Below, piece by piece: positions 1-11,748 of a stretch of DNA of 64,000 nt. The DNA lies in assembly GCA_017999435.1 (NCBI GenBank), contig JAGNLV010000001.1, forward strand, positions 794,993 through 858,992, given 5' to 3'. Each line of letters opens with the position of its first letter. Positions within the stretch are counted from its first letter, which is position 1. Both the position numbers and the translations under genes were made by a program. The notes under the pieces are model-generated. The model did not search any database. It was not told where the DNA came from and saw only the letters and a program-made list of their open reading frames with translations. This DNA is from Candidatus Zixiibacteriota bacterium. Its GTDB lineage: Bacteria; Zixibacteria; MSB-5A5; GN15; FEB-12.

Positions 1-214
1 ATTCGACCGGGCAGCCGCGCAGCGCTTCCTGGACCATCTCCCCCTTGTGGCCGATCACCACGACAATCCGCTCGAACCGCATCGGCAGCAGCGTATCCAG
101 CAGGATCCGCACCATCGGGCGGCCATCGATTTCATGCAGCACCTTCGGCAGGTCCGACTTCATGCGTTTTCCCTTGCCGGCCGCCAGGACAATCGCTGCG
201 CGTGTCTCGGGCAT
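1..214 (-). CDS. glmU: bifunctional UDP-GlcNAc pyrophosphorylase / GlcN-1-P acetyltransferase (GlmU), N-terminal fragment; the gene continues off the window edge
   Basis: Reverse-strand translation from ATG at 214 gives MPETRAAIVLAAGKGKRMKSDLPKVLHEIDGRPMV..., the classic GlmU N-terminal nucleotidyltransferase motif (L.AGKGTRM.S..PKVLH). The ORF is open to position 1. Confidence 0.6.
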   Translation of the reverse strand, partial: MPETRAAIVLAAGKGKRMKSDLPKVLHEIDGRPMVRILLDTLLPMRFERIVVVIGHKGEMVQEALRGCPVE

Positions 215-271
215 TGAACTCCTCAAGTGGGCGGGTGGATGCCGTGCGGGCCGGGAGGACCGGCCCGTCGG

Positions 272-625
272 TCACGGCCTGATCTGTTTGTTGTTTTGGT
301 CGACATGGACGACCGCCGGTTTGTGCACCGACCCGTCCTTGTGGTCGATCAGTCCGTAGGCGATGATAATTACGAGGTCGCCGACCGCCCCTTTGTGCGC
401 CGCCGCTCCGTTGAGGGCGATCGTCCCGCTCCCCGGCTTCCCCTTGATTACGTATGTTTCGAACCGTTCGCCGTTGGTCACGTTGGCGACCTGGATTTTC
501 TCGTACTCCACGAGGTCGGCGGCTTTCATGAGCTGCTCGTCGATCGTCATCGAGCCGACATAATCGAGCGAGCACTGGGTGATCGTCGCCCTATGTATTT
601 TTGACTTGCAGACCGTTATCAGCAT
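272..625 (-). CDS. panD: aspartate 1-decarboxylase
   Basis: 117 aa. KSKIHRATIT...GSMTIDE...LNGAAAH...GDLVII matches PanD (pyruvoyl-dependent; self-cleavage Gly-Ser present). Confidence 0.85.
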   Translation of the reverse strand: MLITVCKSKIHRATITQCSLDYVGSMTIDEQLMKAADLVEYEKIQVANVTNGERFETYVIKGKPGSGTIALNGAAAHKGAVGDLVIIIAYGLIDHKDGSVHKPAVVHVDQNNKQIRP

Positions 626-797
626 TTCGTCTTCACTCTCGTCCGGCTGTTCGGTCCGGCGCCGGGGTAATATAGCCGCCCGGCGGCGTCCGTCAAGGCC
701 CGGGGTTCCTCGTTTGTCCGCTTTTCGAACCCCCGAGCCGCCTTAAAGTTCCCGCGGCCACGGCGGCGCGGCCGCGGAATCCGCCGTCCGGCGCCGC

Positions 798-1274
798 TTA
801 CGCGGTGATCTGCACCCAGTTGCGGGCCGGGAATATCTCCAGCTCGTCGGTGATCTCCTCAATCATCCGCTCGAGGTTCTTCCAACTGACGAGGTGCCGC
901 GCTTTCCCCGGCGGCAGCCAGCGGAAACTGCTCACCTCGGGCGACAGCTTCACCTGCGACTCCGGGTCGACCACGGCGACAATCAGCGGCAGGATCAGCA
1001 CTTTGTCGTAGACCGGTTCATAGAAGTGCACGACGTACTCGGTCGCCCACATGCTCAGGGGATTGAGCCCGAGCTCGACCTTGAGCTTGCGCACCACGAC
1101 CTGGGCCACCGTCTCCCCGCCCTGCTTGCCGCCGTTGACAAACCCCCAGTACCCGCCGTAGGCATCCTCGGCCGACCACTGCAGCACCAGGAACTTCCAT
1201 CCGTCCGGGTCCTTTTTGACCACGGCGACATTCACGCCCGGCGATTCGACCGGGATCTTAGTCGATTCATTCAT
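798..1274 (-). CDS. NUDIX hydrolase
   Basis: 158 aa. Nudix box GGKQGGETVAQVVVRKLKVELG fits Gx5Ex7REUxEExGU. Confidence 0.8.
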   Translation of the reverse strand: MNESTKIPVESPGVNVAVVKKDPDGWKFLVLQWSAEDAYGGYWGFVNGGKQGGETVAQVVVRKLKVELGLNPLSMWATEYVVHFYEPVYDKVLILPLIVAVVDPESQVKLSPEVSSFRWLPPGKARHLVSWKNLERMIEEITDELEIFPARNWVQITA

Positions 1275-1487
1275 GGATATCCGCTCTGCCTCACAACCAT
1301 CTCATTCTCTGCAACTTCCGGTAATCTACACCCCCCGGCGCAAAGGTCAAGCCCCTTTTCCGCCGGTCCGCACCGCGAAAACCTCGGCTCCGGTCTTTCC
1401 CCCTCAACAAATGCCGCCGTCCCCCCGTAATACTCAGTGTTTTCGGAACTATTCAAAAACTGAGAGCAGCTTCTTCAGGAGGAGAGC

Positions 1488-2039
1488 ATGACCACGACCC
1501 CCGGCCGCAAGGATAACCGCCCGGCATCCGCCGCCGTCGAGACGCTCATTGGCGTCTACGCCGCCGCCCCCGCCCGGCTCTCCGGCGCACTGGCCGGACT
1601 GAGCGACCATGAGCTCGCGGCACGCCCCATCGACGACAAGTGGTCGATCCAGGAGATCGTTTTTCACCTCGCCGACTCCGAACTTATGGCCGCCGCCCGG
1701 TTCCGCCAGGCTATCAGCGGTTCGCATCCCACTTTCGCGTATTACAGCCAGGATATCTGGGCGGAGAAGTTCGACTACCGGCATGCCGACCGGCGTGCGC
1801 TGGAGGAGGCGGTCGACCTGTTCGCCGCCCTTCGGGCGGCCACGACCCGGCTGCTGCGGCGCCTTTCCGGCGACCAGTGGGCGCTCACCGGCCACCATCC
1901 GGAGCGCGGCCCGCTCTCGGTCCGGCAGATTCTGGAGACGTACGCCAACCACGGCGAGAACCATGTGAAGCAGATTCTCGAACGGCGCCGGCTGCTCGGC
2001 AAGCCGCTGGACCTCGCCCCGCTGACCCCTGGCGCCTGA
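1488..2039 (+). CDS. DinB/YfiT-like metal-dependent hydrolase (DinB_2 superfamily)
   Basis: 183 aa. SD caggagga sits 6 nt upstream. Contains WSIQEIVFHLADSE...NHGENHVKQI, the His-rich four-helix DinB-like pattern. Confidence 0.65.
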   Translation: MTTTPGRKDNRPASAAVETLIGVYAAAPARLSGALAGLSDHELAARPIDDKWSIQEIVFHLADSELMAAARFRQAISGSHPTFAYYSQDIWAEKFDYRHADRRALEEAVDLFAALRAATTRLLRRLSGDQWALTGHHPERGPLSVRQILETYANHGENHVKQILERRRLLGKPLDLAPLTPGA

Positions 2040-2124
2040 GCTGCCGGCCGGGGGCGTGCCTGTCACGATCTGTTCCCGGCGAGCGGGGCGGCCCGGCGCT
2101 GCGTGCGCCACGCCCCCCGCCCCC

Positions 2125-2970
2125 TCACATCCTCATGTTGTCAATCAGCCGCACGCCGTGCACCCGCACCGCCAGCGAGCAGACCACGCCTGGCCGCACC
2201 GCCGCCGCGGGCTGCACGCTCCACAGGTCGGTGAACGCGATGTAGTCGATCTCGGCTGAGGGACACGCACCGTGGATCACTTTCTCCATCTCGGCCCGGA
2301 TCTTCTTCGGATCGACGGCTCCCGCTTTCGCCATCGCCCGCGCCGTCCGCAGCGCGTAGTAGAGGCAGCGCGCCTCCGCCCGGTGCTGCGGCTCCTTGAA
2401 GTAGGCGTTCCGCGAGGACATCGCCAGCCCGTCGGACTCCCGCACCGTCGGCGCGATGACCATCCGGATCGGATAGTCCAGGTCCCGGGCGACCTGCCGC
2501 AGCACGACCGCCTGCTGGTAGTCTTTCATGCCGAACACGGCCACGTCCGGCCGCACGATGTTGAACAGCTTCGCCACCACCGTCGCCACTCCGAGGAAAT
2601 GCCCCGGCCGCACCGCACCTTCCAGCGCCTCGGTGACCCCGCCGACCGTCACATAGGTCTGGAACCCCGGCGGGTACATGTCGGCGGCGGAGGGGATAAA
2701 CACGAGATCCCCGCCGGCCGACCGAATCTTTTTCACATCCCCCTTCTCATCGCGCGGGTACCGGGCGAAGTCCTCTCCCGGGGCGAACTGGGCGGGGTTG
2801 ACGAAAATCGTGACCACCACGAGATCCGCAGCCTTTTTCGCCCGCCGCACCAGGGCCAGGTGCCCCTCGTGGAGATACCCCATGGTCGGGACCACGCCGA
2901 TTGTCTTCCCCGCCGCCGCCGCCTCCCGCGCCGCCCGCTGCATTTGCCGGATGGAACGAATGATTCGCAT
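2125..2970 (-). CDS. panC: pantoate--beta-alanine ligase
   Basis: The track ORF 2125..3078 is trimmed to the internal Met MRIIRSIRQMQ (start codon 2968-2970). VVPTMGYLHEGHLALV (HIGH-like), FGMKDYQQ and MSSRN are PanC hallmarks. Length is then ~281 aa. Confidence 0.85.
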   Translation of the reverse strand: MRIIRSIRQMQRAAREAAAAGKTIGVVPTMGYLHEGHLALVRRAKKAADLVVVTIFVNPAQFAPGEDFARYPRDEKGDVKKIRSAGGDLVFIPSAADMYPPGFQTYVTVGGVTEALEGAVRPGHFLGVATVVAKLFNIVRPDVAVFGMKDYQQAVVLRQVARDLDYPIRMVIAPTVRESDGLAMSSRNAYFKEPQHRAEARCLYYALRTARAMAKAGAVDPKKIRAEMEKVIHGACPSAEIDYIAFTDLWSVQPAAAVRPGVVCSLAVRVHGVRLIDNMRM

Positions 2971-3517
2971 GGGCGGTAGATAACGGTTTGCCGGTGCGAA
3001 ATCAAGCGGGGCCGCCGCCTCCGACCGCTGCCCCGAGGCTGTCCGCATCGACCGGAGCGCCAATTGACCCACCCTCACCCCGAGGCAATTCTGTTACGGT
3101 GACCCGGTGGAAATCATCGCCGATGCCGGCGAAACCCGCTGGTTCATGCACACGCGCATGGGCGGCGAGGTCTCGGCGTTCGAAGTACCGGAGGTTGCCT
3201 TGGACTCCCTCATCTTTCGCGGTCCTTTTGTGCCCGGCTGCGGTGCCGGGGCGCCCCCCGCCACCGCCGGGGCCGGCGGCCGACCGCCATGCGGGCCGCC
3301 CGTGTCATTGACCCCTACGCCTTCTGCCTCGAACTCGTTGCTCCACCCTAAGCCCTTGTCCCCCAATATGGCTACGGTGGTCGTCGCCCCTTGCCCTCTT
3401 TTTGTATAATTCTTGCACCCCCCGGTTGCATTATCGGGGCGGTACATTATATTCCATGACTCGGTTTATCCCGCTACGGCATGACCCGATAAGACTGGAT
3501 AGAACGGAACTGGAAAT

Positions 3518-3523
3518 AAGGAG
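3518..3523 (+). promoter_or_regulatory. Shine-Dalgarno (AAGGAG) for the PpiD-like gene
   Basis: aaggag lies 9 nt upstream of ATG 3533. Confidence 0.6.
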
Positions 3524-3532
3524 TTTGAACGG

Positions 3533-5389
3533 ATGTTCGATGCACTTCGCCGCATGATTCTCCCGATTATCCTCATCGTCCTCCTTCTCTTCGCGGGAAT
3601 GATCGTTCTCGAGTGGGGCATGGGGCTTTCGGGCCGGCAGAGGTTTGCCGACGCCAATGTCGCCGGCGTCGTCAACGGCGAGGAAATCTCGTGGGAGCGC
3701 TACAACACGATCCTCAACAACATGATGCAGAGCGAGCAGCAGGACTCCGACGAGGACCTCCCTGACGCCAAGGTCCGCGAGTTGCAGCTCGAAGCCTGGA
3801 AACAGGTCGTCCAGGATCAGATCATGCAGCAGAAAGTGCGCGACGAGGCGATCGTGGTCACCGATGAGGAGCTGTTCTCCTACCTCGCCTACTCCCCGCC
3901 GCCCGAGCTGCGGACGCTGCCGTACTTCCTGACCAACGGCCAGTTCGACTACCAGAAGTACCAGCAGGCGATGCTCGATCCCCAGGCCGCCCCCTTCTGG
4001 TCCCAGATCGAGGCCGCGGCGCGCAACGACATCGCCAAGATGAAAGTTCAGGAGCTGGTGCTCCAGGACGTCCAGGTGACCGAGAACGAAGTCCGCGAGT
4101 GGTTCCTCGGCTCGCAGGAGAAGGTCACGGTCGGCATGATCAACGTCGACTTCGCCCGGTTCTCCCGTCCGGCCCCGACGGGCACGGCGGAGGAGATTGA
4201 GGCGTATTTCAACGCCCACCGCGACAAGTACACGGTCGAAGAGCGCGCCGCCCTCAACGTCGTCCTCATCGAGAAGTCGCCCGCGCCGTCCGACTGGGAG
4301 GCCTCCTACGAGAGGGCCAGAGCCATCTACGACTCCATCAAAGCGGGCACCGACTTCGCCGAGATGGCCGGCCTCTACTCCGAGGATCCGGGCTCGAAAG
4401 AGAAGGGGGGCGACCTCGGCTGGTTCGCCCGCGGCCAGATGGTCGGCGAGTTCGAGAAAGTGGCGTTCCAGTTGAACAAGGACCAGGTCTCCGAACCGGT
4501 CAAGACCCAGTTCGGCTGGCACATCATCAAGCTCTTTGACCGCAAGACCGAGCGGGAGGTTCCGCGCGGCAAGACCGAGCCGGAGGATGTCGAGAAAGTC
4601 CTCGCCTCGCACATCCTCATCCAGGCCAAACCCTCGCAGGAGACGCTCGATCAGGCCTACCGCCGGCTCGAGGCGTTCCGCACGGACGCCAAGAAGATCG
4701 GCTTCTTCAAGGCCGCCGAGGACCACCAGTTCCCCGTGCGCAACACCGGCCTTTTCTTCCGCGGGCGCAACATTCAGTACCTCGGCAGCGATGCGCAGGC
4801 CGGCATGTTCGCCTTCGATGAAGCCGTCGACGCCATCAGCGATGTCTGGGAAAACAACAGCGCCATTTATGTCGTCCAGGTCGCCGAGAAGCGTCCGGCC
4901 GGGCTGGCCACGTTCGAGGAGGCCCGCGAGCGCGTCACTCTCGACGTGCAGCAGGAGAAAGTCATGGCGCTGTGCGTCGACACCGCGGCCGCCATCTGGA
5001 ACCTGATCCAGCAGGGGAGCGACCCGAAGACCGCCGCCGAGCGCTTCGGCGAGCAGTACGAAACCCCCGACCCCTTCACCCGCTCCGGCTACGCGCCCGG
5101 CATCCGCCGCGATCCGCTGGCGATCGGGGCCGCATTCGGCCTGAGTCGGCCGGGCGAGTTCTCCGGACCGGTCAAGTATGACCAGGGGGTCGTGATCTTC
5201 CGGCTCCTCAGCAAAGAGGCTCCCGACATGTCGGTGTACACGGAGAAGCGCGACTCCGTCCGCACCGTTGTCCTCAACAACAAGCGGCAGGAGCTGTTTA
5301 CGCGGTGGATGGAGGAGACGGTGAAGAGTTCGAAAGTGGAGAACTACGTCCAGCGCGCGCTGGTCGAGCAGCGGGGCATGCCCTACTGA
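3533..5389 (+). CDS. periplasmic chaperone / peptidyl-prolyl cis-trans isomerase, PpiD/SurA-like (parvulin domain)
   Basis: 618 aa. N-terminal TM anchor MILPIILIVLLLFAGMIV. Parvulin rotamase signature DFAEMAGLYSEDPGSKEKGGDLGWFARGQMVGEFEKVAF...GWHIIKL. Confidence 0.75.
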   Translation: MFDALRRMILPIILIVLLLFAGMIVLEWGMGLSGRQRFADANVAGVVNGEEISWERYNTILNNMMQSEQQDSDEDLPDAKVRELQLEAWKQVVQDQIMQQKVRDEAIVVTDEELFSYLAYSPPPELRTLPYFLTNGQFDYQKYQQAMLDPQAAPFWSQIEAAARNDIAKMKVQELVLQDVQVTENEVREWFLGSQEKVTVGMINVDFARFSRPAPTGTAEEIEAYFNAHRDKYTVEERAALNVVLIEKSPAPSDWEASYERARAIYDSIKAGTDFAEMAGLYSEDPGSKEKGGDLGWFARGQMVGEFEKVAFQLNKDQVSEPVKTQFGWHIIKLFDRKTEREVPRGKTEPEDVEKVLASHILIQAKPSQETLDQAYRRLEAFRTDAKKIGFFKAAEDHQFPVRNTGLFFRGRNIQYLGSDAQAGMFAFDEAVDAISDVWENNSAIYVVQVAEKRPAGLATFEEARERVTLDVQQEKVMALCVDTAAAIWNLIQQGSDPKTAAERFGEQYETPDPFTRSGYAPGIRRDPLAIGAAFGLSRPGEFSGPVKYDQGVVIFRLLSKEAPDMSVYTEKRDSVRTVVLNNKRQELFTRWMEETVKSSKVENYVQRALVEQRGMPY

Positions 5390-5411
5390 GTTTCGACCCC
5401 GGCGCCGCCGA

Positions 5412-5678
5412 TTAGCGAGGCTCGCCCGTTTGCGGCGAGCCTCTCTTTTTGCCGGTCCCGACCGCCAGCCGCACGAGCGCCGCCGCCGCCCAGGCCCCCT
5501 CGAGGACCACGAACGGCAGCAGACCGCTCGCCCAGGCATACCAGCAGGCGAGCGCCGCGCCCAGCGCATTCATCGCCAGATAGGCTATCCCGTGCTCCGA
5601 CAGCCGCCCCAGCAGACTCAGCACGAAGGCGGCCAGGAGGAGGGCCACGCCGGCCGACCCCGGCACCAACGCCGTCAT
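5412..5678 (-). CDS. small two-TM membrane protein (hypothetical; CBU_0592-like size and topology)
   Basis: 88 aa with two hydrophobic helices, directly downstream of the ETF-QO gene on the same strand. Its 3' end overlaps the convergent PpiD terminator, so this may be a spurious GC ORF. Confidence 0.35.
   Translation of the reverse strand: MTALVPGSAGVALLLAAFVLSLLGRLSEHGIAYLAMNALGAALACWYAWASGLLPFVVLEGAWAAAALVRLAVGTGKKRGSPQTGEPR
5417..5450 (+). terminator. Rho-independent terminator downstream of the PpiD-like gene
   Basis: Perfect 10-bp stem gaggctcgcc / ggcgagcctc with loop cgtttgc, followed by tctttttg. Confidence 0.6.
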
Positions 5679-5702
5679 GCGCGATCCGTCATCCCGCGGC
5701 CC

Positions 5703-7388
5703 TCAGAGATTCTCGTAGTTCGGCCCCTCGCCTCCCTGCGGCGTCATCCAGCGGATAATCTGGTAGGGATCGGCGATATCGCAGGTCTTGCAGTGGACGC
5801 AGTTTGAGGGCGTGAGCTGGAGCCGCACTTTTCCCGGCCGCTGGTCGTCGTCCACCATCTCGTACACCTGCGCGGGACAGAAGTGCTGGCAGGGGTTGCC
5901 GTACTCCTCGGGGCACCGGTTGTTGCAGATGTCGTAGTCGGCGATCACCAGGTGCGGCGGCTGCTCCTCCTCGTGCATCGTCCCCGACTTGTACACGTCG
6001 GTGAGTTTGTCGAAGGTGTAGGCGTTGTCGCACTTCACGCGCGCTTTCTCCGGCCGCCGCCCGAACCGGCGTTCGAATCCGGCGAGGGTGAGCATGTACT
6101 CGTGGTCTGGTTTTTTAACGCGGCGGTCGAACAGCCCGCGCCCCCCGGTCACCGTCTGCACCGCGGCGTGGAACATTCCGGCGTAGAGCCCGCCCTCGAA
6201 GCCCGCGTGGAAATTGCGCGTCTTGCGGAGTTCCGCCCCGGCCCAGCTCCGCTCGAACCGCTCCGCGTATGCCTTGAGCCGCGCCGTCGAATAGTCCCCG
6301 CTCTTCGCGCATTCGAAGAGCGTCTCGGCCGCGAGCATCCCCCCCTTGATCGCCAGGTGAATCCCCTTGAGCCGGGCGGGATCGAGCATGCCGGCGCCGT
6401 CGCCGCACAGGAGGAGACCGTCGTGGTACAGCTTGGGCATCGCGAAGCACCCGTTGTCGGGAATCGCCTTCGCGCCGTAGTGCTGCATCTGGCCGCCGTC
6501 GAGAAGGCGCCGGATGAAGGGGTGGGTTTTGTAGCGCTGGAACTTCATGTGGGGGTCGTTCGTCGGGTCGGGACTGTTCAGCCCGACCGCGTACCCGACC
6601 GACACCATGGTGTCCGACATGGCGTAGACCCAGCCGCCACCGTACTCATGGCGGGGCTGCGGCCAGCCGATCGTGTGGATCACCGTCCCCGCCGCGATCC
6701 GCCCCGCCGGCACCTCCCACACCTCTTTCACGCCGGTGAGGTACGCCTGCGGCACGGCGCCGGCGGTGAGCGCCGGGATCTTCTCGAACGCCTGCCTTGT
6801 CAGCGACCCCCGCACTCCCTCGCACAGCACCGTCACCTTGGCCCGGATGATCGACCCCGGCTCGAAATTCGATTTCGGATTGCCGTGCTTGTCGACCCCC
6901 AGATCGACCGTCTGGAGCCCCGTCACCGCGCCGTTCTCGACCAGCAGTTGGTACCCGGCGAGTCCGGCGTAGATGTCGACGCCCGCGCCCTCGACCTGCT
7001 CGGCCAGCCAGCCGACGAATTTGTTCAGGGAGATGATGTAGTTGCCGTGGTTGGACAGGGCGGGCGGCTGGAAGGGGAATTTCGTCGCCCCGCGCTCGCT
7101 CAGCCAGTAGAGGGAGTCCGCGCCCACCTTCGCCGCCAGCGGCGCGCCGAGCGTTTCGAAGTCGGGGATGAGTTCGCGGATCCCCCGCGGATCCATGACC
7201 GCTCCCGACAGGGAGTGGGCGCCGGCATAGGCGCCCTTGTCCATCAGGAGGATCTCGGGTTTGGCCGCGCCGCCGTCGGCCTCAGCCAGCCTGGCCAGAT
7301 GATAGGCCAGCGCCAGCCCGGCCGGTCCGGCCCCGACAATCGCTATATCTGTCTCGAGAACTTCGCGTTGCACTTCCATACGTTTCAC
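5703..7388 (-). CDS. electron-transferring-flavoprotein:quinone oxidoreductase (ETF-QO)
   Basis: 561 aa. FAD fold DIAIVGAGPAGLALA. C-terminal 4Fe-4S ferredoxin-like cysteines CPEEYGNPCQHFCPAQVY...CVHCKTCDI. Full-length ETF-QO architecture. Confidence 0.85.
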   Translation of the reverse strand: MKRMEVQREVLETDIAIVGAGPAGLALAYHLARLAEADGGAAKPEILLMDKGAYAGAHSLSGAVMDPRGIRELIPDFETLGAPLAAKVGADSLYWLSERGATKFPFQPPALSNHGNYIISLNKFVGWLAEQVEGAGVDIYAGLAGYQLLVENGAVTGLQTVDLGVDKHGNPKSNFEPGSIIRAKVTVLCEGVRGSLTRQAFEKIPALTAGAVPQAYLTGVKEVWEVPAGRIAAGTVIHTIGWPQPRHEYGGGWVYAMSDTMVSVGYAVGLNSPDPTNDPHMKFQRYKTHPFIRRLLDGGQMQHYGAKAIPDNGCFAMPKLYHDGLLLCGDGAGMLDPARLKGIHLAIKGGMLAAETLFECAKSGDYSTARLKAYAERFERSWAGAELRKTRNFHAGFEGGLYAGMFHAAVQTVTGGRGLFDRRVKKPDHEYMLTLAGFERRFGRRPEKARVKCDNAYTFDKLTDVYKSGTMHEEEQPPHLVIADYDICNNRCPEEYGNPCQHFCPAQVYEMVDDDQRPGKVRLQLTPSNCVHCKTCDIADPYQIIRWMTPQGGEGPNYENL

Positions 7389-7447
7389 CTTTCCGCGCTA
7401 CAACGTACGGAAGTATAGTCAAGACGGGACGAATTGAAAAGCCCGTT

Positions 7448-7879
7448 TCAGCGATTGGCGCCGGCGGCCATGCGCCGGTTGCCCCGGTTTTCCGGAATCG
7501 TCGGCTCGGCTTGCCCGTTGCTGTTGATCTGGAACATCTCCGTGATTTTCTTCCGGTCGTACCCGATCGTCAGCAGCCGCGAGTAGACGATAATGGGCTT
7601 GCGAATCAACGTATAGTCCTGCGCCATCAGGTCCAGCACCTTCTCCCGGTCCAGCGGACCGCCGTCCAGACCGTGCGCGGCGTACGCCTCTGAGGCCTTG
7701 TTGATGAAGTGCTCGATGTTGAGATGGCCGATCAAGTCCGACAGTTCGTACCGGGTGAGCGGGCGCTGCGACATGTCCCGCATGTCGAGCATAATCCCGG
7801 CATCTTCAATGAACTTCCGCACCTCTTCCGTGCGGGCGTCATCGCCGTAGTAAAAGAATTTCGCGCGCTTGGGAGCCAT
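7448..7879 (-). CDS. ArsC/Spx/YffB-family thioredoxin-fold protein (atypical, no N-terminal Cys)
   Basis: 143 aa. KFFYYGDDARTEEVRKFIEDAGI...LIRKPIIV fits the ArsC-family layout, but the position of the usual redox Cys reads GDD. Confidence 0.45.
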   Translation of the reverse strand: MAPKRAKFFYYGDDARTEEVRKFIEDAGIMLDMRDMSQRPLTRYELSDLIGHLNIEHFINKASEAYAAHGLDGGPLDREKVLDLMAQDYTLIRKPIIVYSRLLTIGYDRKKITEMFQINSNGQAEPTIPENRGNRRMAAGANR

Positions 7880-8429
7880 GATTCCTCCTGGAAAAATAAA
7901 CGACCTTAATGTTTCTCGTTCGCAGGTCTTGCGACCGCTCGTACCCTTTGACTCTTTGGTTCGGCGACTGCTCGCGGTCGAGGAGTTGCGCCGGGGATCG
8001 GAGACGTCAGGTTTTTGTGCCGCGCTCGGCGGATCAGCCTAACGGGGGTAAATCTAACTATTTTCTACAGCCCGTTGTCAACTGATTTCTGTGTTGGCAC
8101 TCCGGCCGGTCGTCGCCGGCCGCTTCCCCGTCCGACTCCGCCGATATCTGCGCCCTCTGTTCGGTGCTCAAGTCCGCGCCGCGATCCACTCGGCGGGCCG
8201 GCTCCTCCCTAAGGTGATCTCTATGAAATCTCGTTCGCGGAACCAATGACCGTTCAAGCGTTCTATCGGAAATCGCCGCGGAGACTTGAGCCGCACTGAC
8301 TACTCCTTAAACGTCCGGCAAGCCGGGAAGGTTTCCCGGCTGGACCGCAATTTTCGGGGCTGTCGGTTTCCGCCTGACGAAACCTGACAGACAGAGGCTG
8401 TCGCTGTCGTCCGGCCCCGGCGCGCCCGG

Positions 8430-9068
8430 TCACAGGCGCAGCGCCACCGCCACGCCGTCGCGGATCGGCACGATGGTGGTCCAGAACCGGCTGTCGCGCA
8501 CGAGAGCGGCATTGAAAGCCCGCACCGCCTGCGTCGGTGCGTCGCCCCGGCCATCGGCCACCCGACCGCTCCAGATCGCGTTGTCGGTCAGAAACAACCC
8601 GCCCTTGCGCAGGCGCGGCGCCGCCAGCTCGATCGTCCGCGGATAATCCTCCTTGTCGACGTCGTTGAAAACGATGTCGAACGGCCCGTCCTGCCGTTCG
8701 AGCAGCCGCAGGGCGTTGCCGACCTGGAAGTCGAACCGGCTCTCCAGCCCGGCGCGCATGAAATAGTCATTCGCCCGTCTCTTGTTGCGGCGATCGGCAT
8801 CGGTCATCACAATCTCCCCCCGCCCCCCCATCGCGAGCGAAAACCAGTACGCGCTGTAGCCGAAGCCCGAGCCCAGTTCCATCACCCGCCGCGCCTTGGT
8901 CAGCATCGCCAGCTGGTAGAGAAATCTCCCCACCAGCGGGCCGACAATGGGAAACCCGTGCTCGGCGGCGTAGGCCTCCATTTCCCGCATCACCGGCGGC
9001 CGCGGCGGCGCAATCTCCTCCAGATACCGGTGGACTTTCGCAAACAGATCGGTCGCTTGCTCAACCAT
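8430..9068 (-). CDS. class I SAM-dependent O-methyltransferase (family 3, caffeoyl-CoA OMT-like)
   Basis: 212 aa. SAM motif VMELGSGFGYSAYW and DIVFNDVDKEDYP, typical of OMT family 3. Confidence 0.75.
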   Translation of the reverse strand: MVEQATDLFAKVHRYLEEIAPPRPPVMREMEAYAAEHGFPIVGPLVGRFLYQLAMLTKARRVMELGSGFGYSAYWFSLAMGGRGEIVMTDADRRNKRRANDYFMRAGLESRFDFQVGNALRLLERQDGPFDIVFNDVDKEDYPRTIELAAPRLRKGGLFLTDNAIWSGRVADGRGDAPTQAVRAFNAALVRDSRFWTTIVPIRDGVAVALRL

Positions 9069-9372
9069 GATCGACTACCACGTATATCTTTCCCTCTTCG
9101 GTCTCGACCGGATAAGTCTTCAGCCGAAACGCCGGGTTGGTCAAGCACTCTCCGGTCGCGAGCCGGTATTTCCACCCGTGCATGCGGCAGGTGATGACCC
9201 CGTCCTCGATCGGGCCGCTCGCCAGCGAAGCTTTCATGTGTTTGCAGTCCCCTTCCAGCGCGCGCATGATCCCCGCATCGTTCACGACGATGATCCGCCG
9301 CGCCAGCACCCGTTTCTCCAGGGAACGTCCGGGCGGCAGATCGCTGACTCGCCCCATCCGGATTCTCGCCAT
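9061..9372 (-). CDS. Rieske [2Fe-2S] domain protein (NirD-like small subunit)
   Basis: 103 aa. Rieske ligands CKH...(17 aa)...CRMHGW (CxH...CxxH). Overlaps the OMT start by 8 nt, suggesting translational coupling. Confidence 0.7.
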   Translation of the reverse strand: MARIRMGRVSDLPPGRSLEKRVLARRIIVVNDAGIMRALEGDCKHMKASLASGPIEDGVITCRMHGWKYRLATGECLTNPAFRLKTYPVETEEGKIYVVVDHG

Positions 9373-9458
9373 GCGTTGTGACTGCGTCGCGCGGGTTGCC
9401 TGGTCTGACGAAGCGCGTCGTGCGCGACTGAATTAAGATACGGCGGAGGGACCGAATA

Positions 9459-11708
<2,250 letters not shown>

Positions 11709-11748
11709 GCCAGGCTCCTGCTCTTTGGGTGGGACGGTCGCCGGCGGG

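Noticed and set aside
3107-3409. 100-aa ORF in the panC-ppiD intergenic region
   Set aside because: Pro/Ala/Gly-rich, no RBS, no homology. Likely non-coding.
3431-5569. 712-aa ORF on the minus strand
   Set aside because: Antisense to the well-supported PpiD-like gene. Arg/Gly/Leu/Ala-rich composition typical of an off-frame high-GC artefact.
6068-6080. tRNA T-arm-like GGCGTTCGAATCC
   Set aside because: Lies inside the ETF-QO reading frame with no acceptor or anticodon stem context. Coincidental.
5883-7418. 511-aa plus-strand ORF
   Set aside because: Antisense to ETF-QO. No motifs. Arg/Pro/His-rich.
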